This document shows positions 35,697 through 45,045 of a stretch of 64,000 nt of DNA, piece after piece. Location: the IMG/VR virus record IMGVR_UViG_3300009431_000003. One strand, 5' to 3'. The position numbers and the translations under genes are program-made. The notes beneath the pieces are model-generated. The model was not told the DNA's origin. It searched no databases and was given only the letters and a program-made list of their open reading frames with translations. Position 1 is the stretch's first letter. The number at the start of each line of letters is the position of its first letter. The stretch comes from a virus.

Positions 35697-37076
35697 ATGC
35701 CTATGGATTTAAAAAGGTCCTTCCGTACAGGAGGAGTATCAACAGCCTCCTTTGGTGGAAGAGGATCACGCGGTAGTTATTCTTGGGGAATTATTCTTCC
35801 CAAACTGTCTCAAATCCCTGCAGGTATCCCCGTGGTTTTAAGGCCTGGTGCTTATCCAGACCCTGTAGATAGTATGGGACAATTTATTGTAGACCCACAA
35901 AAGGTACAGGATTCTGCGCTTTATCATTATCTTGAAGCTCGCCTTAAAGTCCCAAGTCAGGGATATCCTAAAGTTATGCAAGACAGCGTCAGCTTTGATC
36001 CCAATAACCCACAACCCTCCATGTTCTCCTGGGCAAAAAACCAAGAACAATATAAAAAGAGACTAAAGTCCGGAACCCAAAAATGGGCCATTACCGTAGT
36101 CTCTTTGGCGCCACATCATAAAGTTCCTCAAACAGATAAAAACGGAATGTTAAAGACCCGAGATGACGGGACACCTTATTATAATATTTATCGCTGTGAC
36201 TACTATGGACGTAATAAGGAATGTACTTATTGCAAAGATACAATAAATTTCCCTTATGTTCTTGGTCGAAAATACTACTGGTCCTTTGGTAAAAATCACC
36301 GAGAAAACCTGGAAGGAATTACTGACCAGATTAGTCAACGATGCAACTCGTGCGGTGTAGGAACTGTTTTTATTGCTAAACTTACTTGTGCCAATTGCGG
36401 AGCAATTATTGCTGATATCAATAGTGGTCTCAGTGACAATGACATGAATGATCGGGCTTCCCTCCCTTGTCTTTGTTACAACTGTAATTATACTGGGTAC
36501 ACTATCGAAGCCGAACTCCGTTGTAATAGGTGTCAACAGCCTAAACGCCAGAAAATCACTGATAGAGTCCTCTGGCTCGGAAAACAAGGGGAAAAGATGG
36601 ATTCTGAAGTAGTTCTGGTCAGTGATTGTAGTATTACTGAGTTCGATCCAGTTATGCAACAATGGAGCTCTTGGGGAGTCACAGGCACTACTCAAGAATT
36701 GCTTGATAAAATAGGGGCACCTATTGATTTTGATAACCACAAAGAAATAGGACGCAAAACCCTTATAGACCAGGCTGAATTTTTAGAATGCAATATTCCG
36801 CCCGAATTACAGGCCGCTGCACAGCAACAAACGCCACAACAGCAAATTGCCCCAGGCAACCCTCAACAAGAAATTGCACAAGAGTATCCTCCTGCACAAC
36901 CAAATTACAGTACACAACAACCAATGCTCTATACGTATCCATCTACAGGGGACCAACAAGCAGCACTAGAAGCCGTGCAGGCCAAGAATGAAGCATTACA
37001 ACCTCAACAGCCTTCGCCACAGGGTCCTATAGGGGCAAGTAGGCCATTTGGTCAACCACCTAAACAAGGACAATAA
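35697..37076 (+). CDS. Cys-rich putative single-stranded DNA-binding protein
   Basis: Lies between primase and polymerase; about 12 Cys in CxxC clusters; Q/P-rich tail. Assignment is mainly from synteny. Confidence 0.45.
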   Translation: MPMDLKRSFRTGGVSTASFGGRGSRGSYSWGIILPKLSQIPAGIPVVLRPGAYPDPVDSMGQFIVDPQKVQDSALYHYLEARLKVPSQGYPKVMQDSVSFDPNNPQPSMFSWAKNQEQYKKRLKSGTQKWAITVVSLAPHHKVPQTDKNGMLKTRDDGTPYYNIYRCDYYGRNKECTYCKDTINFPYVLGRKYYWSFGKNHRENLEGITDQISQRCNSCGVGTVFIAKLTCANCGAIIADINSGLSDNDMNDRASLPCLCYNCNYTGYTIEAELRCNRCQQPKRQKITDRVLWLGKQGEKMDSEVVLVSDCSITEFDPVMQQWSSWGVTGTTQELLDKIGAPIDFDNHKEIGRKTLIDQAEFLECNIPPELQAAAQQQTPQQQIAPGNPQQEIAQEYPPAQPNYSTQQPMLYTYPSTGDQQAALEAVQAKNEALQPQQPSPQGPIGASRPFGQPPKQGQ

Positions 37077-37078
37077 AT

Positions 37079-39019
37079 ATGGGAAGCTTAAACTCTTTCA
37101 AGGACCTGGGCACGTACCAGGTCCTTGACCATCCCGCAGATGCCATACAAATCAGAGATTACTTCATGGGCTTGGATTACGTTGCTTTTGATACCGAAAC
37201 GACCGGCCTCAACAACATGAAAGAGCATATTCTTGTATTTAGTGTGTCCGACGGTACTCGACGTTGGTCAATCCCAGTAAGCAACCTGGAAATATTCCAA
37301 CCTGTCTTTGAAAATCCGAACACTATTAAGATATGCCACAACATAAAATTTGATGCTCATATGCTGAAAAATCACGGCGTAATTCTTCAAGGAGAATGGC
37401 ATGATACTCTAGTAATGTCTTGGTTACTCAATGAAAATGAAGAATTAGGTCTCAAGCCCCAATTTGAAAAGTACTTTGAAACTCCTGTACCTACATTTAC
37501 CTCGACTTTTGGAAAAAAGAAAAAGATAAAAGGGTCCCGTAAATCAGAAACATTACCTCAAGCATTTGAGCGGGTGCTACGAGAAGAGCCAAATTTAGCA
37601 CATAATTATGCTTCGCAAGACGCATTAATGCATTTTTGGCTCTGGGACAATCATCGGAAGCTCTTAGAGAAACTATTTCTGTGGGAAGGGTTTCCTCTAT
37701 CAGGCTGGGAATATTTCCTGAAATACGAAGTACCTTTCACAAAAGTACTTTGGCGAATGGAAATGGCCGGGTTTAAGATTGATCTTGTCAATTTAAAGAA
37801 GTCTGAGCCTATCCTGGAAGAGAAGATGGACAATATCTCTAAAAAATTTGCTCATCTTGCCGGTCGGGAAGTAAATTTGAGTTCTCCAAAACAGATATCC
37901 GAGATGCTATACAACCAACTTGGGTACAAATATAAAATACAAGGAAAATCTTCTACAACAACAGACGTAACCGCACTAAAATACTTTAAGACAAAATTCG
38001 AATGTCCATACTCCAGCTTGGTACTGGACTACCGAGACGCAAAGAAGATGTATAGCACATATGTAAAAGCTCTGGTTAAATTTGCTTATTTGGACGAGCG
38101 GATACATACTACATTAAAACAGCACGGAACAGTAACAGGCAGACTGTCCAGTTCGGACCCAAACCTTCAAAATATCCCAAGGCCAGATAATGATATCTCT
38201 AACATTCGTGGTTCATTTGTGGCCTCGCCAGGATATAGACTAATCGTAGGTGACTATGCTCAATTAGAAATGCGCCTTATGGCGCATTTCTCGCAAGATC
38301 AGGCTATGATTGCTGCTATTTTAGGAGGACAGGATCTCCATACTTTTACAGCCGCAAAGATGTTTGGTTATGAGTATAGTCAACTAATATCCCTCATTAA
38401 AGAAGCAAAGGAGGCTTCTCAAAAAGAAGTAAGCTCAAAAGAGCAAAGACACCTTCTTACCTTAAGGCATACAGCTAAGACAATTAACTTCGGAATATTA
38501 TACGGAATGGGCGCATATAGACTAATGATTACTCTCGCTGAAGGCGGCGTAGTCAAATCACGAGAAGAATGTAAAGCACTTCTTAGCCAATATTTCCGAG
38601 CCTTTCCTGGGGTACATAGTTACATTAATTTTGTACATAAAGACGCAAAAGCCAAAGGATATATCAATACAATTTCTGGGCGTAGAAGAAGGCTCCCGGA
38701 CGCAAACTCTCCACGGCGCGGGGACGCTGCTAGAGCTCTTCGTCAGTCAGTCAATGCTATCATCCAAGGCTCGGCTGCTGATGTTGTTAAGTTTGCTATG
38801 ATTGATTGTGCTAAGGATACTCAACTTAAGTATTGGAATGTAACTTTATTACTTCAAGTACACGACGAGTTAATTTTTGAGGTCCCTGATAATGATTATA
38901 TTGTCAACTTGGCACTGGAACAAGTTAAGTCCTTAATGGAGAGTCCTTTTGATCAACCTTTGGCTGTTCCTTTACCCGTAGATATCGCAGATGGTTATTC
39001 GTGGTCGGAGGCAAAATGA
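37079..39019 (+). CDS. polA: Family A DNA polymerase (3'-5' exonuclease + polymerase, no 5' nuclease)
   Basis: FDTET, HNIKFD, TGRLSSSDPNLQNIP, DYAQLEMR, AKTINFGILYGMG, QGSAAD and QVHDELIFE motifs. Confidence 0.96.
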   Translation: MGSLNSFKDLGTYQVLDHPADAIQIRDYFMGLDYVAFDTETTGLNNMKEHILVFSVSDGTRRWSIPVSNLEIFQPVFENPNTIKICHNIKFDAHMLKNHGVILQGEWHDTLVMSWLLNENEELGLKPQFEKYFETPVPTFTSTFGKKKKIKGSRKSETLPQAFERVLREEPNLAHNYASQDALMHFWLWDNHRKLLEKLFLWEGFPLSGWEYFLKYEVPFTKVLWRMEMAGFKIDLVNLKKSEPILEEKMDNISKKFAHLAGREVNLSSPKQISEMLYNQLGYKYKIQGKSSTTTDVTALKYFKTKFECPYSSLVLDYRDAKKMYSTYVKALVKFAYLDERIHTTLKQHGTVTGRLSSSDPNLQNIPRPDNDISNIRGSFVASPGYRLIVGDYAQLEMRLMAHFSQDQAMIAAILGGQDLHTFTAAKMFGYEYSQLISLIKEAKEASQKEVSSKEQRHLLTLRHTAKTINFGILYGMGAYRLMITLAEGGVVKSREECKALLSQYFRAFPGVHSYINFVHKDAKAKGYINTISGRRRRLPDANSPRRGDAARALRQSVNAIIQGSAADVVKFAMIDCAKDTQLKYWNVTLLLQVHDELIFEVPDNDYIVNLALEQVKSLMESPFDQPLAVPLPVDIADGYSWSEAK

Positions 39020-39333
39020 CACAAAAAGGTTTGGGCCTTAAAGAGGATATATTAGCATTATTGAAACTACAGGCCCCAACAATTAAAGACCCAAATATAT
39101 TTGCGGATATGTTACTTGACCTAATCGCAGAAACCTTTTCTGGGTTACTACTGCGAAGAGGTCATTTAACTATCCCAAAATTTGGTAGGTTTGAGGTATC
39201 ACAGCAAAAGCGGATAGCTACAAAATTTAAAGGGAAAAAGACTGTCCGCTTTTACCCGGCAAAAAACTTAAAAAAGGAAATAGAGGAGGCAACTAATGGG
39301 AATAGAGAAATACGGTGTCAGGACAAAAAGTAA
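39016..39333 (+). CDS. HU/IHF-like DNA-binding protein with shortened arms
   Basis: LTIPKFGRFEV...VRFYPAKNLK pattern; start at ATG 39016 overlapping the polA stop. Confidence 0.65.
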   Translation: MTQKGLGLKEDILALLKLQAPTIKDPNIFADMLLDLIAETFSGLLLRRGHLTIPKFGRFEVSQQKRIATKFKGKKTVRFYPAKNLKKEIEEATNGNREIRCQDKK

Positions 39334-39481
39334 AGCCCCTGGAGAAAAGACTGCAGCAAGCAAAGCAATTTGTCCGAAATGTGGAGCAGGAATGCTCAAA
39401 GATACAAACATAGCCAAATGTTCTAAATGTGGGACAGAGCCTTTTGAGGAGACTCCTAATGGCAAAAAAGCAAAAGAGTGA
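39296..39481 (+). CDS. Small zinc-ribbon protein
   Basis: GAGG RBS; CPKCG...CSKCG; EKTAAS motif. Confidence 0.6.
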   Translation: MGIEKYGVRTKSKAPGEKTAASKAICPKCGAGMLKDTNIAKCSKCGTEPFEETPNGKKAKE

Positions 39482-40868
39482 GCGCCGAGAACTTACCCCA
39501 AAAGAACGAAGTAAGAGACTAAGTGTGTATAGAGAAAAATTCAATACGCAGCACTCAAGCACTGCCTGCTTAACTCCTTCAAAGAAATTTACTTCAATAC
39601 CCTCGGTAGTCCGTTGGCCTACAGGATACCCTCAGCTTGATCTTGCTCTTGGAGGAGGCTGGCCTGGAGGCTGCTTAAATGAGGCAATTGGCGGCTCTGG
39701 GCTAGGAAAGACAACTATTTTTCTAACTGCAATGGGCAAGGCTCAATGGAGAATGAAAGAAGCAAGCTGTTTAGCAATTGCAGCCCCAGAAGGGTTTGAT
39801 AAATTCTTCGGAAAAATGTTGGGGTTTCATGTCAGTTTTTCGGAAGAAGAAATTGGGTGGCTGGAATACAAACTTCAGCGCAAACTTGATAATAAAGAAA
39901 AAGAATGGCTCCGTTTTCAGCTTGGCCATGTTGAGTTTATTCAAGGAAAAGATCATGCAGCGATCCTCGATGGGATTCTTGGAGTCGTAAAACTGAATGA
40001 ATATCAAATTGTGCTTCTTGATAGTATTGGAGCCTTAACCAGCATCCATGGTGAGAAGGACCACGATTTAGATAGTGTATCAGATAGGGCTTATGGAGGC
40101 ATTGCTTACGAGTTGACAAATTTTGTAAATGGGTACCTTGGTTTAATGGCGTGGAAAGATGAGTATAGCGAACCTTACCAAACATCTGTTTTTGCAGTAA
40201 ATCAAAAACGAGACAGTTTAAGCAAGTTTATCAGCGATAAAGTTCCTGGAGGAAATGCACTAATGCACGCAAAGGCCATTTCGGTCAAGTTCTTCCCGCC
40301 ACAAGCAAGTAAAATCGTTGTAGGTACTCAGCAAGTTGGAAAGATTGTTGGGTGGAGGATTGTAAAAGGAAAACATGGCACCAGGGACGGTATTGATGGA
40401 GAACTCCATTTTATGTATGTTTCCAGGCCAGATGACTTTAAAACCTTCCAACTTGAAAATCGTACGTATGGTGGATTCAATTATTATATGGACCTAATCC
40501 AGCTTGCACTAAAAACCGGCGTCCTGGTATTATCAGGCACTTCTCATTACTATTTTCCAGTATGGGAGCAAGAAAAAGCAGAGAAGCCTCCTGTTGTTTA
40601 TGACAAAAAAGAATGGGAAGAGTCAGGAGGCACCTGGGTATTTTATGTTAATGGGATCACCGCGATACAAAATTATCTCTATCAGGCCCCTGTTGTTGTA
40701 GAAGATATGCTAACAAGAGTCCGTCTTATTACCGGACATCAACACTGGGAAAAAGTTGTATGGATACCTAAACGAGACATAGCAATCTCTCCGAAGAAAC
40801 AAAAACTAAAACCAAAAGCAAAAAAGAAAGTAGCCAAGAAGGGCAAAAAGAAAAATGGCAACACGTAA
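39459..40868 (+). CDS. recA: RecA/UvsX-like recombinase
   Basis: TGYPQLDLALGGGWP, Walker A GGSGLGKTT, VLLDSI, NQKRD, and PGGNALMH motifs; Lys-rich tail. Confidence 0.85.
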   Translation: MAKKQKSERRELTPKERSKRLSVYREKFNTQHSSTACLTPSKKFTSIPSVVRWPTGYPQLDLALGGGWPGGCLNEAIGGSGLGKTTIFLTAMGKAQWRMKEASCLAIAAPEGFDKFFGKMLGFHVSFSEEEIGWLEYKLQRKLDNKEKEWLRFQLGHVEFIQGKDHAAILDGILGVVKLNEYQIVLLDSIGALTSIHGEKDHDLDSVSDRAYGGIAYELTNFVNGYLGLMAWKDEYSEPYQTSVFAVNQKRDSLSKFISDKVPGGNALMHAKAISVKFFPPQASKIVVGTQQVGKIVGWRIVKGKHGTRDGIDGELHFMYVSRPDDFKTFQLENRTYGGFNYYMDLIQLALKTGVLVLSGTSHYYFPVWEQEKAEKPPVVYDKKEWEESGGTWVFYVNGITAIQNYLYQAPVVVEDMLTRVRLITGHQHWEKVVWIPKRDIAISPKKQKLKPKAKKKVAKKGKKKNGNT

Positions 40869-41331
40869 AGATTCAAAAAATCAGGAACGCAGACACGTAA
40901 AAGAACAAGGAGGCATAGTACATCTTGGGTCTGGAAATTTACCTGGAGGCAAGGATGATTGCTCCAGTCGTAATTTCTACCGAGCTGAATTAAAAATTAC
41001 AGATGCAGACTGTTATCGTATGAGTACTAAAGCGTTCTTTCGTACTCTTCAACGGGGACGACTAAATGGCCAGCTTGCTTATTGGGTCATTGAATTTAAG
41101 CACCGCAGGACTATTTGGATAATGTCTGCGACCCAAACGGTCCATAGCCTAAACCTTATTGAATATAACAAAAAGACAATTAACTTTTGCTTGTCTGATT
41201 TGTTATTGCTACCTCAACAGGCTCCTCTTATTGAGTATCACGTACTAAACCCAACTAACGGACGTAAAGAGGGTATCGTTATTTTCTGGAAGGAGGACAC
41301 ACATGGCATTTCCCAACAGCGAGTGCCTTAA
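40855..41331 (+). CDS. PD-(D/E)XK Holliday junction resolvase-like nuclease
   Basis: QE......GG....GSG......D.....AELK pattern. Confidence 0.6.
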   Translation: MATRKDSKNQERRHVKEQGGIVHLGSGNLPGGKDDCSSRNFYRAELKITDADCYRMSTKAFFRTLQRGRLNGQLAYWVIEFKHRRTIWIMSATQTVHSLNLIEYNKKTINFCLSDLLLLPQQAPLIEYHVLNPTNGRKEGIVIFWKEDTHGISQQRVP

Positions 41332-42193
41332 GTATGGTTTAGCTACCTGGCGTTATGTGATAAACCAAAACCACCGAGCAATTTTGGAAAAGTTTGAGAT
41401 TGCTCAATCAGTAGTCGCACAGTTAGATAAAAAATTACCCCCACCAATCGAAGATGAGTATACAAAACAGAAAAAAGCAGGCGTGGCTCGACGGTCGGGC
41501 GGGAACATTAAACCTTCTTCAATTTCTTCTACTTGTTTACGTAAGATTGCTTATGAATATGAAGGTAAAGAGAAAAAGCAGCGAAAGATTACAGCAAAAG
41601 ATCAAATAATCCTTGGTATAGGCGGTTTTTGTCATAATCATTTAGTACAGCCGGCGCTTCAAGAAGTATATCGACATAATTGTATAGTTGAGGCTCCAGT
41701 TACTATATCTGCAGAAAAATATCTGGGTCCCGATACTGTAGACCCTCAAGAAATATTAACCTTTGGGTATTGCGATGGTTTGGTACATATCTATTACGAT
41801 ACCGTTTCCAGACTACAAATAGGTGTAGAAATCAAATCAATTAAGTCCGGAAAGACACAATACGAAAAAGTTATAGATAAAGGCCCTCCTGATTATCATA
41901 TTGATCAGGTCAACTGCTATATGCTTGGACTCAACCTTGATTATATGTGCTTTCTCTATGTCCAGAAAAATGATGCATTTATTACTCCAGTATACGTTCC
42001 TCCGGACCTTGATTCTCTGAATAGAATTAGGAACAAAATTGATACAGTAAGGTCACTAGTCAAACAAGGACAGTTGCCGGAGCCGAAACCCGGTAAATTT
42101 ACATGTCAATTGTGCGATTATAAGCATGTCTGCCCGAACCCTTTCCATTTTAGGAAACCAAGTAACAAACTATCGAAAATATCATTTGAATAG
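41303..42193 (+). CDS. Cas4-like PD-(D/E)XK exonuclease with an Fe-S Cys cage
   Basis: CLRK..Y, H, GYCDG, VEIKS, QVNCYM and CxxCxxxxxC motifs. Confidence 0.8.
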   Translation: MAFPNSECLKYGLATWRYVINQNHRAILEKFEIAQSVVAQLDKKLPPPIEDEYTKQKKAGVARRSGGNIKPSSISSTCLRKIAYEYEGKEKKQRKITAKDQIILGIGGFCHNHLVQPALQEVYRHNCIVEAPVTISAEKYLGPDTVDPQEILTFGYCDGLVHIYYDTVSRLQIGVEIKSIKSGKTQYEKVIDKGPPDYHIDQVNCYMLGLNLDYMCFLYVQKNDAFITPVYVPPDLDSLNRIRNKIDTVRSLVKQGQLPEPKPGKFTCQLCDYKHVCPNPFHFRKPSNKLSKISFE

Positions 42194-42202
42194 GAGATTG
42201 AA

Positions 42203-42847
42203 ATGAGCGGAAAGCTTAAAGACAAAGACGTACCAAAGACATCCGTTCCAGCATATACAGATTACTCAAAAATATTAGCTGCCGTTAATGCACGGGTCAA
42301 ACAAATCAGCGAAGCGGCAGTTCGCGAGGTCGCGAATTATAGAATATTCTATAGTACAGCAATTATCACGGACCCAGATACTGGGAAGCCTTGGAATGGT
42401 GAATATCCGGAAGACCTGCACAGACTTACTCTACAAGGTCTGGGTAAATATCTTACTATGTCCTCCAGTGAGATGATACGACTCTCTGAAATTGACTTAT
42501 CCCTTTCTACAGAAATAAAGAAGAGAGATTTTAGTACCGACTTTCTGGAAAGCAATCTTGTTATTGATACAAAAGGACCAAATGCAGAACATCGTAAAAA
42601 GAAAGCGGAAATCCACCCCCAATTGTTGGAAGAGCGAGCCTCCCTCCTTTATTATTTAATTCAGCGAGACTACGCCCGTTGGGGGCACAAAGTACATGAG
42701 CTCAAAAATAAGACAATTTCTCGGCTCATATCGATAAAGGAACTTGAACAAAAGACTCTGGAGACCGGGGCGGCAAAGCTGGTAGAAGCTCAGCCCTACA
42801 GGTCCCCATTAACACGAACATATCCAAGATTTACTCAAAATGACTAA
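42203..42847 (+). CDS. Hypothetical helical protein
   Basis: AGGAG RBS; 214 aa. Confidence 0.55.
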   Translation: MSGKLKDKDVPKTSVPAYTDYSKILAAVNARVKQISEAAVREVANYRIFYSTAIITDPDTGKPWNGEYPEDLHRLTLQGLGKYLTMSSSEMIRLSEIDLSLSTEIKKRDFSTDFLESNLVIDTKGPNAEHRKKKAEIHPQLLEERASLLYYLIQRDYARWGHKVHELKNKTISRLISIKELEQKTLETGAAKLVEAQPYRSPLTRTYPRFTQND

Positions 42848-43466
42848 TAAACCAAAAGACGTTACCAAACCAAAGAGGAAGAAAGCAAAGACACAAACTT
42901 ATGAAGAGTTTGACTTTCGCAGCTCATATTCTTCTGCTTCAACATATGCAATAGAGATTAGGACTCTACCGCCCTCCACTAATGCTCTTTATCAGTGGGT
43001 ACCTCTTGGCAAGTCTAAAAGATGGACACAAATTTTAACACCAAGTGCTCGAAATTGGAAAATTGCATTCAACAGCGCCTTTTCTAAATCTTTTGGGCCT
43101 TTCTTGCATAAGATAACTACATTAGATGAGTCTGTATTATTTAAAAGTCAAACTGTTATATTTGGTCCTTTTGTTATCAACAAAGGTTTCCCTAATAAAG
43201 CAGCGTCTTTGGTTAAGACAATGGACTTGGATAATAGACTAAAGTTTATCCAGGATTGTTTTACTAAAGCCCTTGGGATAAATGATTCAAAAATATTTTC
43301 GATGAAGGCAAATAAATTATATATGCCGGATATTATGGGGGCTACTGTACTTCTCTCTATCTCCGACCAACACTTTGGCATACCCAAAAAACTATTAAAA
43401 GAAGCAGCCAAGCAGCAGATTGTTTTATTGAAAGAACCTGCTGTTCCAGACAAAAGGGGGCTGTAA
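42840..43466 (+). CDS. rusA: RusA-family Holliday junction resolvase
   Basis: LPPSTN..Y, DLDNRLK...D, and G.ND..I motifs. Confidence 0.75.
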   Translation: MTNKPKDVTKPKRKKAKTQTYEEFDFRSSYSSASTYAIEIRTLPPSTNALYQWVPLGKSKRWTQILTPSARNWKIAFNSAFSKSFGPFLHKITTLDESVLFKSQTVIFGPFVINKGFPNKAASLVKTMDLDNRLKFIQDCFTKALGINDSKIFSMKANKLYMPDIMGATVLLSISDQHFGIPKKLLKEAAKQQIVLLKEPAVPDKRGL

Positions 43467-43852
43467 TGGCTTTTCAACAATATTTAGAACGAATGAGTAA
43501 GACAGAAATAATTTCTATACTGGCTGAACGAGAATTGAGTATATTACCCTCAATAGAAAAGAGCCGACTTGTAGAACTTATGCTAGGTGACATACCGGAA
43601 AATAAAGAACTGAGCCCCACTCGTTTTCTTAGTTCTGAAATTAGAATAAAGCTTGATGAGCATTGGCAGTCTTTACAGCTCCAGCTTATCGAAACTTGTA
43701 AAGGCCGTTGTAGGAAGGAGGAGCGGTATAAATGCCCAGATATCCTGACAGTAATATGTCACAGTCGAATGGCGGCAATGAAAATACCAAAACGCAAAAC
43801 ATCCAGAAGTTTGAAGAAGTACAGAAGTCCTTCATACAAAAAGCCTGTATGA
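43466..43852 (+). CDS. Cys-containing hypothetical protein
   Basis: TAATG coupling to rusA. Confidence 0.5.
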   Translation: MAFQQYLERMSKTEIISILAERELSILPSIEKSRLVELMLGDIPENKELSPTRFLSSEIRIKLDEHWQSLQLQLIETCKGRCRKEERYKCPDILTVICHSRMAAMKIPKRKTSRSLKKYRSPSYKKPV

Positions 43853-44091
43853 CTTGTGTAAAAGTCTACAAGTGCCAGGAAGCAGAGACCCACGAGAGGA
43901 CTCTTAATGTCCATATCTGCAAACGCTTTATACTTGATAAAGAGCCTGTTGCTCTTGCAAACATACAAGCTGTACGTTTAATGGGGCACGTTGGTATGTT
44001 AGCTTTACTCAATAAAGAAAATATGCCCTATAATGAAAGAAGCTTACAAATACTGTCGGCGCGAGTACTCAAAAAGCGACGACACAAATAA
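43732..44091 (+). CDS. Small Cys-rich hypothetical protein (start uncertain)
   Basis: CMTC..C...C motif; overlaps the upstream ORF by up to 121 nt. Confidence 0.4.
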   Translation: MPRYPDSNMSQSNGGNENTKTQNIQKFEEVQKSFIQKACMTCVKVYKCQEAETHERTLNVHICKRFILDKEPVALANIQAVRLMGHVGMLALLNKENMPYNERSLQILSARVLKKRRHK

Positions 44092-44115
44092 TAATAATAA
44101 TAATAATAATAATAA
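44087..44115 (+). repeat. (TAA/AAT)9 trinucleotide microsatellite
   Basis: Nine perfect units directly visible. Confidence 0.95.
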
Positions 44116-44128
44116 GAAAGGAACTCTT

Positions 44129-45028
44129 ATGGACAATTCTTCAAAAGACCTGTACAGATCTGTGTATCTAAAACTCAGCGAATTTGTTGAAAAAGAAATG
44201 TTGGGAACTCTTCGTGCAAAAGCAGGAGAGACTGGAATTGATATCAATGAGATTGTTACGTTCAACTGTGAGCAGGTTAAGGACCATATTCTTAATCATT
44301 TGTTTGGTACCAAAGCCTCGCCAGAGACCGCGACAGTAACAAAAGCACCAGAAACGCTTCCTCCTATGATGGGAGAACAAAAAGCACAAACACCGGCCCA
44401 GAACTTACAAGGAGAAACACAACAAATGGTACAGAACCCAACACAAGGCAATCCTACTGGCATCTCTCAACAACAGCAGCAACCTCAAGGCGCCCAAACA
44501 CCCTTTGTGCCTCCTGCCCCAACACAGCAGCAACAAGCCCCAACACAGCAGCAACAAGCCCCTCCACAAACATTCCAACCTCCCGGGCCTTCTGCTCCAG
44601 TACAGCAACCAGGTGTTGGAATTGGAACAGGAAACTTGGCCCAAGCACCTCAACCAGGAGCAATTGGGGCACCTATCCCCCCAACAGCTCCAGTAACCAC
44701 CCCACAAACCGCAATACCTCAACAACTTGCACCTCCTCCTACCGGTGGGGCTCAAGCCATGCAACAAGCAGCCTCTCCCGATACCTTAACACAGATACTC
44801 TCAAAACTGGAGGATCTGGAAGGCAAAATCGACAGGTTCGGAGAAGGCATGAATCTTTTTGGGGAACGCCTCTCAGAAGAACATACAATGATCGCTCATC
44901 TCTTCCGGGAAACTATGCTGCCGGACGCAATGAGCATTAAGGACATTACAAAGTACTATCCACAATTAAATGCCGCGGGGGAGTTCAGCGCCCTGTCGTA
45001 TGCCAAACAAAGACAAACTCAGAGTTAG
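44129..45028 (+). CDS. Gln/Pro-rich low-complexity protein
   Basis: AAAGGA RBS before ATG 44129; helical ends flank a ~150-aa Q/P/A/T-rich linker. Confidence 0.65.
   Translation: MDNSSKDLYRSVYLKLSEFVEKEMLGTLRAKAGETGIDINEIVTFNCEQVKDHILNHLFGTKASPETATVTKAPETLPPMMGEQKAQTPAQNLQGETQQMVQNPTQGNPTGISQQQQQPQGAQTPFVPPAPTQQQQAPTQQQQAPPQTFQPPGPSAPVQQPGVGIGTGNLAQAPQPGAIGAPIPPTAPVTTPQTAIPQQLAPPPTGGAQAMQQAASPDTLTQILSKLEDLEGKIDRFGEGMNLFGERLSEEHTMIAHLFRETMLPDAMSIKDITKYYPQLNAAGEFSALSYAKQRQTQS
44516..44562 (+). repeat. 21-bp tandem duplication (APTQQQQ x2)
   Basis: gccccaacacagcagcaacaa occurs twice, followed by gcccc. Confidence 0.9.
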
Positions 45029-45045
45029 TTCCCAAAGGAGTATTT

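Noticed and set aside
41303-42193. Cas4-like gene as part of a CRISPR-Cas system
   Set aside because: No repeat-spacer array or other cas genes. Solo Cas4-like nucleases are common in phage replication modules.
44033-44128. Poly-Asn N-terminal extension of the Q/P-rich protein
   Set aside because: A good RBS precedes ATG 44129, and the extension overlaps the upstream gene. It is not formally excluded.
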